Part shown: one piece after another, positions 1-8,263 of the stretch
Position numbering within the stretch: position 1 is the stretch's first letter
Layout: every line of letters starts with the position of its first letter
From: an uncultured archaeon
GTDB taxonomy: Archaea; Asgardarchaeota; Heimdallarchaeia; Heimdallarchaeales; Kariarchaeaceae
Direction of reading: 5' to 3'
Length of the DNA: 23,029 nt
Assembly: GCA_964645535.1 (NCBI GenBank)
Contig: CAZYCQ010000053.1
Coordinates: 1-23,029 of the forward strand
Made by a program: the position numbers and the translations under genes
Notes under the pieces: model-generated
What the model saw: only the letters and a program-made list of their open reading frames with translations
What the model was told of the DNA's origin: nothing
Databases searched by the model: none

Positions 1-10
1 AAATTTCAAG

Positions 11-817
11 ATGATTAAAACGCTAAATACCACAAAATGGTTGCTTTACCACCTGCCTACATTTATACAGGATTCCTCCTGTGTCCCTATTGATGAAATA
101 CCTGAAGAAATCAATCGATTGAAGCTGTTTGACAAAATACTAGTGTCTTCTTCTTCTTTCATTAAATATTGTCACGCCATCTATCCTCCCGAAATTATCC
201 GAAAGATGGTGCCTATTTTACCTGGCCGGAATTTTGAACTTACAGAAATGCCTAAAAGAGAAAAAAAAGGAACAATTTCTCGAATCCTTTCCATCGGAAC
301 AATTTGCAAACGAAAAGGGCAAAAAAGATTGGTTGAAGCCTTGGCACAAATCAGAGAACAAGATTGGAAGCTGATTCTAATTGGGAATACCTCAAGGCAT
401 CCCCAAGAGGTGAAGGAAATAAAACAATTAATGAAAAAGCATAATCTGAAAATATCAATTAGGAGAAATGTATCTGAAGTGGAAAAGGTCAAGGAACTGC
501 AATCCGCAGATATTTTTGCTTTGCCAACCTGCTTTGAAACATTCGGAATTGCCCTGCAGGAAGCGATGGAATTTGGCTTGCCCATTGTAACAGGGAACCA
601 TATGATTCTCAGAGATTGGATCGGTCAAAACAATGCAATATTCGTTGATCCATTGTCTCCTGTAGAAATCCAACAGGGACTGCGTTTGTTGTTGGAAGAT
701 TCAACCTTACGAACAAAATTGGGTCAAGCAGCATTCAGAAAGGTTTTAGATCAAAATAATTGGGACGAGACACAAGAAAGTTTTCTGCAACTTCTGGGTA
801 AGGAGGGACTAACTTGA
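11..817 (+). CDS. Glycosyltransferase family 4 (GT-B fold), probably 5'-truncated by the window edge
   Basis: GT4 motifs SIGTICKRKGQ and ADIFALPTCFETFGIALQEAMEFGLPIV (E-x7-E). The frame is open back to base 2, so the true start is probably upstream. The stop overlaps the next gene's TTG start (TTGA, 814-817). Confidence 0.9.
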   Translation: MIKTLNTTKWLLYHLPTFIQDSSCVPIDEIPEEINRLKLFDKILVSSSSFIKYCHAIYPPEIIRKMVPILPGRNFELTEMPKREKKGTISRILSIGTICKRKGQKRLVEALAQIREQDWKLILIGNTSRHPQEVKEIKQLMKKHNLKISIRRNVSEVEKVKELQSADIFALPTCFETFGIALQEAMEFGLPIVTGNHMILRDWIGQNNAIFVDPLSPVEIQQGLRLLLEDSTLRTKLGQAAFRKVLDQNNWDETQESFLQLLGKEGLT

Positions 818-1662
818 ATTTCAGTGTGGAATGGCTTCTTGTCCGGAAACCATATGACGACGTAGCTCGGAATGGCAAGATACTTCAAAGCCTATTGGAA
901 TCTCTTCCTCCTTCAACAGAACAGTTGGTTATTTGGGATTTGGGTGCCGGTATCTGCAATTCCTCTGGAACGTTTCCTTTTTTGTTTTTTAAAGCCGGTT
1001 ATTCATCCCAAAAATGGTTTTTCATTGAGAAAGACGAAACCTTGCTTAATGCAGCTATTTCAAATATAAGATCATTCTTTCCTGCACTGACCTCAAAAAC
1101 TTGTTTCATCCATGAGAATTGTATCTTGGTCTTTCATCAGAAAGAGGACGAAATATTTGAAGGACATCTTATCAACACGCAAATTCAAAACTTGAATCGG
1201 TCACATTATGGTTCTCCAGATATTTTTATGGCGAATGCGGTTTTTGACATCGTTAACGAAGACCTCATTAGATATTTGGTATCTCAGTTCAATGATTGTG
1301 TCTGGTATAGCTCGCTTAATCACAGAAAAACTCATCTTCTACCAAAGGATTCCCTTGATTTTATTGCAAAAGCATATGATGAACACACCATTGCCCAATA
1401 TCCTGAAAGACTTGGAATTCAAACTTGTATTAAAGTACCCGAGATCTTATCCGAATCAGGTTTTATTGTGAGACAGGGATCATCCACATGGCGCATTGAT
1501 AAAACTGATGATCCTGCAATTTTCTCTATGCTTTGGCAATTCATCCAAGAGGTGGCACTTGAAATGAATATTTCTGAAACATTGCTTGAACAGTCTAAAA
1601 ACCAATGCCATCAAATCATTGTGGATCATTGCGATTTTCTTGCTGTTCCCAAGATCCAATAG
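814..1662 (+). CDS. Class I SAM-dependent methyltransferase-like protein
   Basis: Motif I-like IWDLGAG and an acidic post-I residue (FFIEKD). The N-terminal FSVEWLLVRKPYDDVAR and C-terminal HCDFLAVP match, from memory, the 'FSADWLALREPAD..AR / HxDLLAxP' family found next to GT4 genes. Translationally coupled to the GT4 gene. Confidence 0.75.
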   Translation: MNFSVEWLLVRKPYDDVARNGKILQSLLESLPPSTEQLVIWDLGAGICNSSGTFPFLFFKAGYSSQKWFFIEKDETLLNAAISNIRSFFPALTSKTCFIHENCILVFHQKEDEIFEGHLINTQIQNLNRSHYGSPDIFMANAVFDIVNEDLIRYLVSQFNDCVWYSSLNHRKTHLLPKDSLDFIAKAYDEHTIAQYPERLGIQTCIKVPEILSESGFIVRQGSSTWRIDKTDDPAIFSMLWQFIQEVALEMNISETLLEQSKNQCHQIIVDHCDFLAVPKIQ

Positions 1663-2318
1663 AAATCCTTTGCAAAGGACCAAAAAATCGCTACAGAGGA
1701 AATACTCGTGATAATCAAAAAGATAGTTGTCTGAAAAATAATTAGGAAAGCAAAACTAAAGGTTATTGATACTCCAAGAATCTTATTAATGAAGGATGCC
1801 TTTTCCTTCTTTACCGGTGGATCAAATAACCATATCCCCAACACATACAAATATCTCAATAGACCGACAATGATGAATACAAGGTAATGGGTATCTATTT
1901 GGGAAAGGATAATTGTTGCGACCAATGTCGAAAAAGCATCTACTTCATTATCAAAAATCTCTCCAAAAATTGAAACCTCCCCGAGGTATCTGGCCATAAT
2001 CCCATCTGCCTTGTCAATGAAAACGAGGCCAACAAGAACCAATCCAACTATCACTGGATCAATTATTTGCAAATCTAGGAGAATGATTGTAATAATCAAT
2101 AATGTCAATTTCATTGCCGTAATGGTATTTGCCCATCCAAATTTCCCATTTGGTGTCCAGTGACCTGATCCTAGCTTAATCAAAAAAGCAAAACCCGTGA
2201 TTGCTACAATGGCAAAGAAAGTTAATGGTAAATTAAATGCAAAGATTACAACAGATAAAATGATAATTGTTACTGAAAATTTGACTGACCACTTGAAGAA
2301 AAAATTTGCTTCTTTCAC
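1626..2318 (-). CDS. CDP-alcohol phosphatidyltransferase family membrane protein
   Basis: Signature DKADGIMARYLGEVSIFGEIFDNEVD (DxxDGxxAR...GxxxDxxxD), a preceding ANTIT motif and multiple hydrophobic helices. GTG start. Confidence 0.9.
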   Translation of the reverse strand: MKEANFFFKWSVKFSVTIIILSVVIFAFNLPLTFFAIVAITGFAFLIKLGSGHWTPNGKFGWANTITAMKLTLLIITIILLDLQIIDPVIVGLVLVGLVFIDKADGIMARYLGEVSIFGEIFDNEVDAFSTLVATIILSQIDTHYLVFIIVGLLRYLYVLGIWLFDPPVKKEKASFINKILGVSITFSFAFLIIFQTTIFLIITSISSVAIFWSFAKDFYWILGTARKSQ

Positions 2319-2357
2319 ATGCTTAAATGCGAATATCGTTTATAGGTCTTTGTTTGT

Positions 2358-2636
2358 TTATGCGGTAACGTCGTATCCTTCTTCTTCAAGAATTGTTTCA
2401 ACTTCATGAAGCTTGTCAGCAGCAAGTTGATAAAAGACTGACCGCATGTCTTTAAGATTTGGATATTTGACTATCAAACCTCTTTCCATGAGTCTTCGAA
2501 TGCAATATCGAACAGACCGAATAGGGAGATTCAATGTGTTAATGATCTCTTTCTGGGTCTTTCGACCATGATCGTGGAGGAATCTCAACATGATGATTGC
2601 ATTTGCAGGAAGCTTTTGTTCGTTTTGTGAGTACAT
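2358..2636 (-). CDS. Small winged-helix (MarR-like) transcriptional regulator, archaeal type
   Basis: HTH segment TQKEIINTLNLPIRSVRYCIRRLMERGLI followed by a wing with the DxR motif (KDMRSVFY). Confidence 0.85.
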   Translation of the reverse strand: MYSQNEQKLPANAIIMLRFLHDHGRKTQKEIINTLNLPIRSVRYCIRRLMERGLIVKYPNLKDMRSVFYQLAADKLHEVETILEEEGYDVTA

Positions 2637-2654
2637 AAGGATGAGTTAGTTTTT

Positions 2655-2670
2655 GCATATATATATTTTA
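2655..2670 (-). promoter_or_regulatory. Putative archaeal TATA box for the MarR-like gene (likely leaderless transcript)
   Basis: The minus strand reads TAAAATATATATATGC, about 20-35 nt upstream of the ATG at 2636, the usual TATA position for leaderless archaeal genes. Confidence 0.5.
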
Positions 2671-3113
2671 TCCGCTTAAAATTATTAAACGAATTTCTTA
2701 TTAATCTGACAAATTTTGTACGATTGCCCATAAACAATCGAATTTTTGCGTTCGATTATCGATCATTTGGTACGTGAATTTTTGGCGCCATTCCTAAATG
2801 CGGAGTTGTTGTTATTTTACTTACACCAGTAGCTCCAATTTGTTAGGCATTCATATTCGAATTTTAACAATTTGTGAGAATGGAGGCTGAAAAAGTCATT
2901 TTTTTGACTTTAGGAATACTAAACTCTGCATTATTTCTATGTTGGGTGCCTGTGTCTCAAAGCTTAACAATAAATACTGTTTTATGTGCACAAAACAGAT
3001 GTTTAAATGCATTCATCATGATTTGAATGGATTTTTAACCCTTCCTCTCCATTACAGTTGGTTTGAATTGAAACGATGGGAGGCATTATTTATCCGTTTA
3101 CTCCCAGGAAATC

Positions 3114-4115
3114 GTGGAAAATCAATATACAAAAATTCAAGGATTCAAGATAGTTTCTGAGCAGGCTGAGGCCTTGAAAGGATTAGGTGAAAATATAGGC
3201 AAGGAAATTCCAATAATTTCAGAGGTTGGAAACGACAAGTTTGGGGCTGTAGTTTGGTTTAAACAGATTATTGGTCTTTCCATTAACTCTTTTTCTCTTG
3301 AACAAATTCCCGACGAAATTTTTTCGTTCGATACTCTTAAATTTCTCTATCTTGCATACAATAAAATTAAGGAAATTCCTTCTGCAATATCGGAAATGAA
3401 GAACTTGGTATCCCTTTCTCTGAAAGGAAACAAGCTGAAAGAACTGCCATTATTGCCTTCAACAATTACTTCCTTGGATGTTTCAAAAAACAGGATTTCT
3501 GGGCATGTAAAACTAAACCTCCCTGAGATTCGAAAATTGAATTTGGGAGATAATGAGATCGAAGACATCAATTTCGACTCTTTACCGCAAGGTTCCGTTG
3601 ATGAATTGAATCTTTCCGCCAATCTCCTCAAGGTACTTCCTGAGTCTTTATCCCATCTCTCCATAAAGAAATTGGATCTCAAAGGCAATCTGCTTACATC
3701 ACCAGACAATTTTATTCCAAGATCCATTACTTATCTTGATCTTTCGAAGAATTCACTTGGTCCTGACCTTGACTTTTCTAGCCTTGGGAGATTTGATCAC
3801 CTAACCGAATTGAATCTCTCACTGAACAAGATCTCTCATTGGAAATTCTCCTCAGACCAATTTCCAAACTTGGAAATTCTCCGCTTGACTGGGAATACAT
3901 TCACATCCCTTCCTGATGAATTGACATCTCTAAAGAAATTGAAAAAGATTTATGCTGGTGGAAATCGCATTTCGGATCTACCACAGAACCTGTGTCTGAA
4001 GGATGGGCTGGAATTGTTGAGCCTTGAGAACAATCAGATTTCCATTCTTCCATTCTGGATCAATGAAGTAAGATTTGAAATCAATCTGAAGAAAAATCCA
4101 ATACGTTTAGTCTAA
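3114..4115 (+). CDS. Leucine-rich repeat protein
   Basis: About 11 LxxLxLxxNxL repeats (e.g. LKFLYLAYNKIKEIP, LVSLSLKGNKLKELP, LEILRLTGNTFTSLP), an N-terminal cap (EQAEALKGLGENIGKEIP...FG...IIGLSI) and a C-terminal LKKNPI. GTG start. Confidence 0.93.
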   Translation: MENQYTKIQGFKIVSEQAEALKGLGENIGKEIPIISEVGNDKFGAVVWFKQIIGLSINSFSLEQIPDEIFSFDTLKFLYLAYNKIKEIPSAISEMKNLVSLSLKGNKLKELPLLPSTITSLDVSKNRISGHVKLNLPEIRKLNLGDNEIEDINFDSLPQGSVDELNLSANLLKVLPESLSHLSIKKLDLKGNLLTSPDNFIPRSITYLDLSKNSLGPDLDFSSLGRFDHLTELNLSLNKISHWKFSSDQFPNLEILRLTGNTFTSLPDELTSLKKLKKIYAGGNRISDLPQNLCLKDGLELLSLENNQISILPFWINEVRFEINLKKNPIRLV

Positions 4116-4475
4116 GGAAAGATTTTCCTCATCTGCCAATTCACGACATTGGTCTAAAGTTTCCACAGCTCTTCTCAGATGGGGGATGACAATAGAGCCT
4201 CCCACTATCAAGGCTATGTTGAAGGTTTCCCATAGTTCCTCGTCAGTTGCTCCTTCAATTACCGATTGGATAATATGATAAGTGATGCAATCGTCGCACC
4301 TGAGTACCATTGAAGCCACTAATCCCAGAAGTTCCTTAACTTTGGGGGGAAGTGCACCTTCTTTATAGGCTTGTGAATCCAAAGTAAAGAATCTTTTGAT
4401 GCCGAGGCTTCCACTTTCCAAAATTCTCTTGTTCATTCTTTGCCTGTATGCTTTGAAATCTTCCAAGTTTTTCAT
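4107..4475 (-). CDS. Carboxymuconolactone decarboxylase / AhpD-like protein
   Basis: GALPPKVKELLGLVASMVLRCDDCITYH (AhpD-core CxxC plus His) and GATDEEL. AAGGAGG Shine-Dalgarno-like sequence upstream. Confidence 0.9.
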   Translation of the reverse strand: MKNLEDFKAYRQRMNKRILESGSLGIKRFFTLDSQAYKEGALPPKVKELLGLVASMVLRCDDCITYHIIQSVIEGATDEELWETFNIALIVGGSIVIPHLRRAVETLDQCRELADEENLSLD

Positions 4476-4626
4476 TTAGGAACCTCCTTGCAATTCAACT
4501 TCCTTTGTGCTTTCAAATTGATTGCCATATCGGAAAATTTTCGAAGGATGAAAAATTGGATCAAATGTGTGTTTTTATCATCTCATAAGGAATTAAAATT
4601 TTAAGTCAACTTCCACAAAGGGGCGT

Positions 4627-6189
4627 ATGTCTGGAACCGAAACTGTTGCTGTTGATGACCAGAGTCCTTTTGCTTTGACATCTCGAGTCTGGAAAACCAA
4701 ACCTTGGTATCGAAAAAATATCATGAAATGGGCTCTTTATGATTTGGGAAACACAATTTATTCCATGGTTGTAGTTTCTCTTACCATTGGACCTTTATTG
4801 TACATAAAATACTATGATCAAGGTCTCAGTGGGGAAGAAGCAGTCAGTAAAGGAAACAACACACTTGCTATTGCATTGATGGTCGGAAATCTTGTAATGG
4901 CCTTTCTTTCTCCGTACTTGGGCGCTGTAGCCGATCAAAGAAAAGAGAGAAAAAGACTTCTCATGAAACTAACTTGGCTCTGTGTTACATTCATGGCACT
5001 TTTGGGTATTTCTTATTGGGTGGACGATATCCTTCTTCTTGTCATAATTTTCCTTATTGCCAATATCTTCTACCAAACTGGGTTGATTGTATATGATTCC
5101 ATGCTTCCTTTTGTAGCTGACAAAGAAGATATTGGAAAAGTGGCTGGGTTTGGAATTGCAATAGGATATTTTGGTTCAATCATTGGTGTCGGCCTTGGCT
5201 ATGTTCTCATTGCTTTTGGTCTTCCTGACTACGTGGTCAGGCCTGCAAAAGAAGTTGGTGGTGTTCTTCAACCTGATGAATTCAACATTGGATACATTCC
5301 TTTTATTTATCCCCTCGCGGCCTTAGTCTTCCTACTCTTCGCACTCCCAATGTACACGCTCAAGGAAAAGGAATTGGATGGTCGGCATGAAGACCTTGAA
5401 TCAACCATTTCTGAAACAACTCAAAAAATAATAGACACTGGAAAAGAAATAATGAAATACCGGTCAATGAAATGGTTCATCTTTGGATGGTTGATCTATG
5501 TGGACGCTGCCAATACCGTCATCTTCTTCATGGGGCAGATAGTGACTGTCGGACTTGAATTTGGAGAAGGACAATTCGCTCTCATTGTTCTTGCAATCGG
5601 GATAATTTCAGCAGTAATATTGACCTATCCTGTTGGATCATTTGCAGATAAGCACGGACCAAGAAAAACCTTGATGCTTACGACTTTTCTCTGGATCGTC
5701 AGCATTCTTCTTGCCTTTATGACAAATATCAATTCGGATACCGCCAAAGAATTGGGTTTTGGTCCAACTCCGGATTGGTTGCTCTATGTTTTCCCAATAC
5801 TTGTGGGACCTGCTTTAGGAGGAACTTGGGTCGTTCAACGTCAATTCCTCACCGAGCTTGCACCTCCTGACAAGGTAGGAAATTATTTCGGCTTCGCCAA
5901 CATTTTCGGGAGGATTTCCGCAGCATTTGGCCCAATTGTATTTACCACTGTTGTGGACATTTTGTGGAAGAATATTGGTTTTTCAATTAATGTTTCAATG
6001 AGGTTAGGAACCTTCCTGTTGGGTGGTCTTCTTTTGATAGGATTTCTGCTCCTATTGCAGGTTTATGATCCCCATGATCATTATCTCAAAGGAGCAAAAG
6101 CAAATGGCAAAGGTCAATGGATCAAGGGAAATACGGTTCTCTATGACGAAAATCTCAAAAGTGCCCCTCCAATGTTAGACACTGAATAA
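4627..6189 (+). CDS. MFS transporter, UMF1/Atg22-like family
   Basis: WALYDLGNTIYS start motif, MFS motif-A loops LGAVADQRKERK and GSFADKHGPRK, YDSMLP, and about 12 TM segments. Confidence 0.88.
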   Translation: MSGTETVAVDDQSPFALTSRVWKTKPWYRKNIMKWALYDLGNTIYSMVVVSLTIGPLLYIKYYDQGLSGEEAVSKGNNTLAIALMVGNLVMAFLSPYLGAVADQRKERKRLLMKLTWLCVTFMALLGISYWVDDILLLVIIFLIANIFYQTGLIVYDSMLPFVADKEDIGKVAGFGIAIGYFGSIIGVGLGYVLIAFGLPDYVVRPAKEVGGVLQPDEFNIGYIPFIYPLAALVFLLFALPMYTLKEKELDGRHEDLESTISETTQKIIDTGKEIMKYRSMKWFIFGWLIYVDAANTVIFFMGQIVTVGLEFGEGQFALIVLAIGIISAVILTYPVGSFADKHGPRKTLMLTTFLWIVSILLAFMTNINSDTAKELGFGPTPDWLLYVFPILVGPALGGTWVVQRQFLTELAPPDKVGNYFGFANIFGRISAAFGPIVFTTVVDILWKNIGFSINVSMRLGTFLLGGLLLIGFLLLLQVYDPHDHYLKGAKANGKGQWIKGNTVLYDENLKSAPPMLDTE

Positions 6190-7144
6190 AAGCAAACGGA
6201 AAATCAACATCAATTCCTTTCATGGACAATTCTTTAGCATTGAATTTTTCAATTTTTATTAGTCTAAAACCGGAATCCAATGCAGCAATAACAAAATCGC
6301 CTACAGTTCTCAAAATAGGGCTCTTTCCGAAAAGAGGGAAAAAAACCGATAAATCTTGTGGACTTTGGCTGGTCTCCGGTTGAGCTCCAATGCTATTGAG
6401 CAATGGGTTCTGAATGTAGATCTTGTATCTGTCTGCTTTTATCCCATTTTCTTTAATTACTTCAAGTAGCCGTTTAAAAATTGTATAAGCTTCCATATGG
6501 TGGTTCAATAGATCAACGGTTATCTCGTCTAGGTCTGACTGGGGTTTCCATTCTTCAATAATGTTCTCACTCATGATTCTGATCGAGTCTATTTTCTCCA
6601 AATGGTTTAATCGAAAGGCTTGTACCGCCTTTTCGCGCATTTTTTCAAGAAGAACTGATATAATGAATTCTGTTTTTTCAATCTTACCTGTAGATGTAAC
6701 TACCCTTAGTTTTTCAAATTCAGGGCTGTCCATGTTTTGGGATATTTCCTCAAAAAGGGGGAACCATACATAGACTTCGAAATTAGGTCTAATCTGTCCT
6801 GTTTGGAAGGGATGGGTTCCTTGGAGTTCTGCTACTTCCAAAGGGAAAAGTTCATTTCCGCAATTTCCGCAGCTAATTTTCAATGTTTTGAAAGTCAGGG
6901 GTGGGGGTGAATCAGATATCTTAAAATTGCCACACTTCAGACAGGTCAGCTTCTTACAATCTGTGCACCATGCAATTCCATTGAACCAAACACCAATTCC
7001 GCAAAAATTACATTTGAAATTTCCATGTACATGGCAATGGGGTATGGGATAATCTTCTATTGCATGGTTTAGTGGATATCCATGGAATAGGTTCCCATAC
7101 TTCTTACAGATAACGCATGGTGTTTGGGACTGAATGGTCTCCAT
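6155..7144 (-). CDS. Hypothetical protein: Cys/His-rich zinc-binding N-terminal domain plus possible degenerate methyltransferase-like C-terminal domain
   Basis: The first ~100 aa contain CVIC, CHVH, CNFC, CTDC, CLKC and CGNC. The C-terminal RTVGDFVIAALDSGFRLIKIE resembles the end of class I methyltransferases, but there is no Gly-rich motif I. Confidence 0.7.
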   Translation of the reverse strand: METIQSQTPCVICKKYGNLFHGYPLNHAIEDYPIPHCHVHGNFKCNFCGIGVWFNGIAWCTDCKKLTCLKCGNFKISDSPPPLTFKTLKISCGNCGNELFPLEVAELQGTHPFQTGQIRPNFEVYVWFPLFEEISQNMDSPEFEKLRVVTSTGKIEKTEFIISVLLEKMREKAVQAFRLNHLEKIDSIRIMSENIIEEWKPQSDLDEITVDLLNHHMEAYTIFKRLLEVIKENGIKADRYKIYIQNPLLNSIGAQPETSQSPQDLSVFFPLFGKSPILRTVGDFVIAALDSGFRLIKIEKFNAKELSMKGIDVDFPFAFIQCLTLEGHF

Positions 7145-7246
7145 AGTTGTGCTGATTTCCTTTAGATAAAAATGTGATTGGATCTAAGGTTTGAACCAGT
7201 TCCCATATCGATTGATTTTTTTAATAAGATATCCAATTTTTATTGA

Positions 7247-8263
7247 ATGAGCTCTGCGGAATCAATAACTGAAGAAGAAATCCAAAAGGAAACAGACAGA
7301 CTGTATGCAGATTTGAAAAATGTCAGCTGGACACGTGAAGATTGTGAGATCATTGCACCTCTTACCTTAGAAATCAACAGAATCAAAAAGGAAAAGAATG
7401 CAGTTATACTTGCTCATAGCTATGTTACTCCTGACATCATCTTTGGTGTCGCTGATTTTTCTGGCGATTCTTTGGGATTGTCAAAACAGGCCGCAGAAAC
7501 AGATGCCGACATGATCGTATTCTCCGGAGTTGTTTTCATGGCAGAAACGGCAAAAATTCTTTCTCCGGACAAGACTGTGGTGGTACCTGATATCAATGCG
7601 GGTTGTTCACTTGCGGATGGAATTACTGCTGAGGAAGTTCGACGGTTGAAGGAACAATACCCTGGTGTTCCTGTTGTGGCATATGTCAATACAACTGCTG
7701 ATGTCAAGGCAGAAGCTGACGTTTGTGTAACCTCTGCTAATGTTGAACAGATTGTAAACAAGTTGGATTCTGATCGAATCATCTTTATTCCTGACAAAAA
7801 CATGGCAAACTATCTGCGGCAAATCTCTGACAAGGAGATCATTGATTACGATGCAACGTGCATTGTACATGACAACATTAATCCTGAATCAATCGACATT
7901 GCACGTGAAAGATATGGTGACCTCGTGATTTTGGCTCACAGTGAATGCCCTCCTGATGTACTTAACAGAGTAGACCTTGTTGAAGGTACCTCTGGAATGA
8001 GAAAGTTCATCCAAGAACATCCTGAAGCCAAAAAAATTATGCTGGCAACAGAATGTGGATTAGCTGATCGTTTCAGTGTAGAATTCCCTGATCGAGAATT
8101 CATTGGATCCTGTGTCTTATGTCCGTATATGAAAAGAAATGAGCTCCGCAAAATCCTACAAGTCCTCACTGATCCCAAACCGGAACAAATCATTGAAATT
8201 CCTGAGGATATCCGTGTTAAAGCCAAAAGATCATTGGACAGAATGTTCGAAATGACTTCCTAA
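7247..8263 (+). CDS. nadA: Quinolinate synthase A
   Basis: NAVILAHSY, ADFSGDSLGLS, GVVFMAETAKIL, YVNT and AHSEC motifs, plus three [4Fe-4S] Cys ligands (AGCSLA, TCIVH, LCPYMK). Confidence 0.97.
   Translation: MSSAESITEEEIQKETDRLYADLKNVSWTREDCEIIAPLTLEINRIKKEKNAVILAHSYVTPDIIFGVADFSGDSLGLSKQAAETDADMIVFSGVVFMAETAKILSPDKTVVVPDINAGCSLADGITAEEVRRLKEQYPGVPVVAYVNTTADVKAEADVCVTSANVEQIVNKLDSDRIIFIPDKNMANYLRQISDKEIIDYDATCIVHDNINPESIDIARERYGDLVILAHSECPPDVLNRVDLVEGTSGMRKFIQEHPEAKKIMLATECGLADRFSVEFPDREFIGSCVLCPYMKRNELRKILQVLTDPKPEQIIEIPEDIRVKAKRSLDRMFEMTS

Noticed and set aside
2880-3160. Small ORFs in the long spacer (48 aa at 2880-3026; 73 aa at 2939-3160)
   Set aside because: No clear ribosome-binding site or family motif, and the second overlaps the LRR start out of frame. 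They cannot be supported without expression data.
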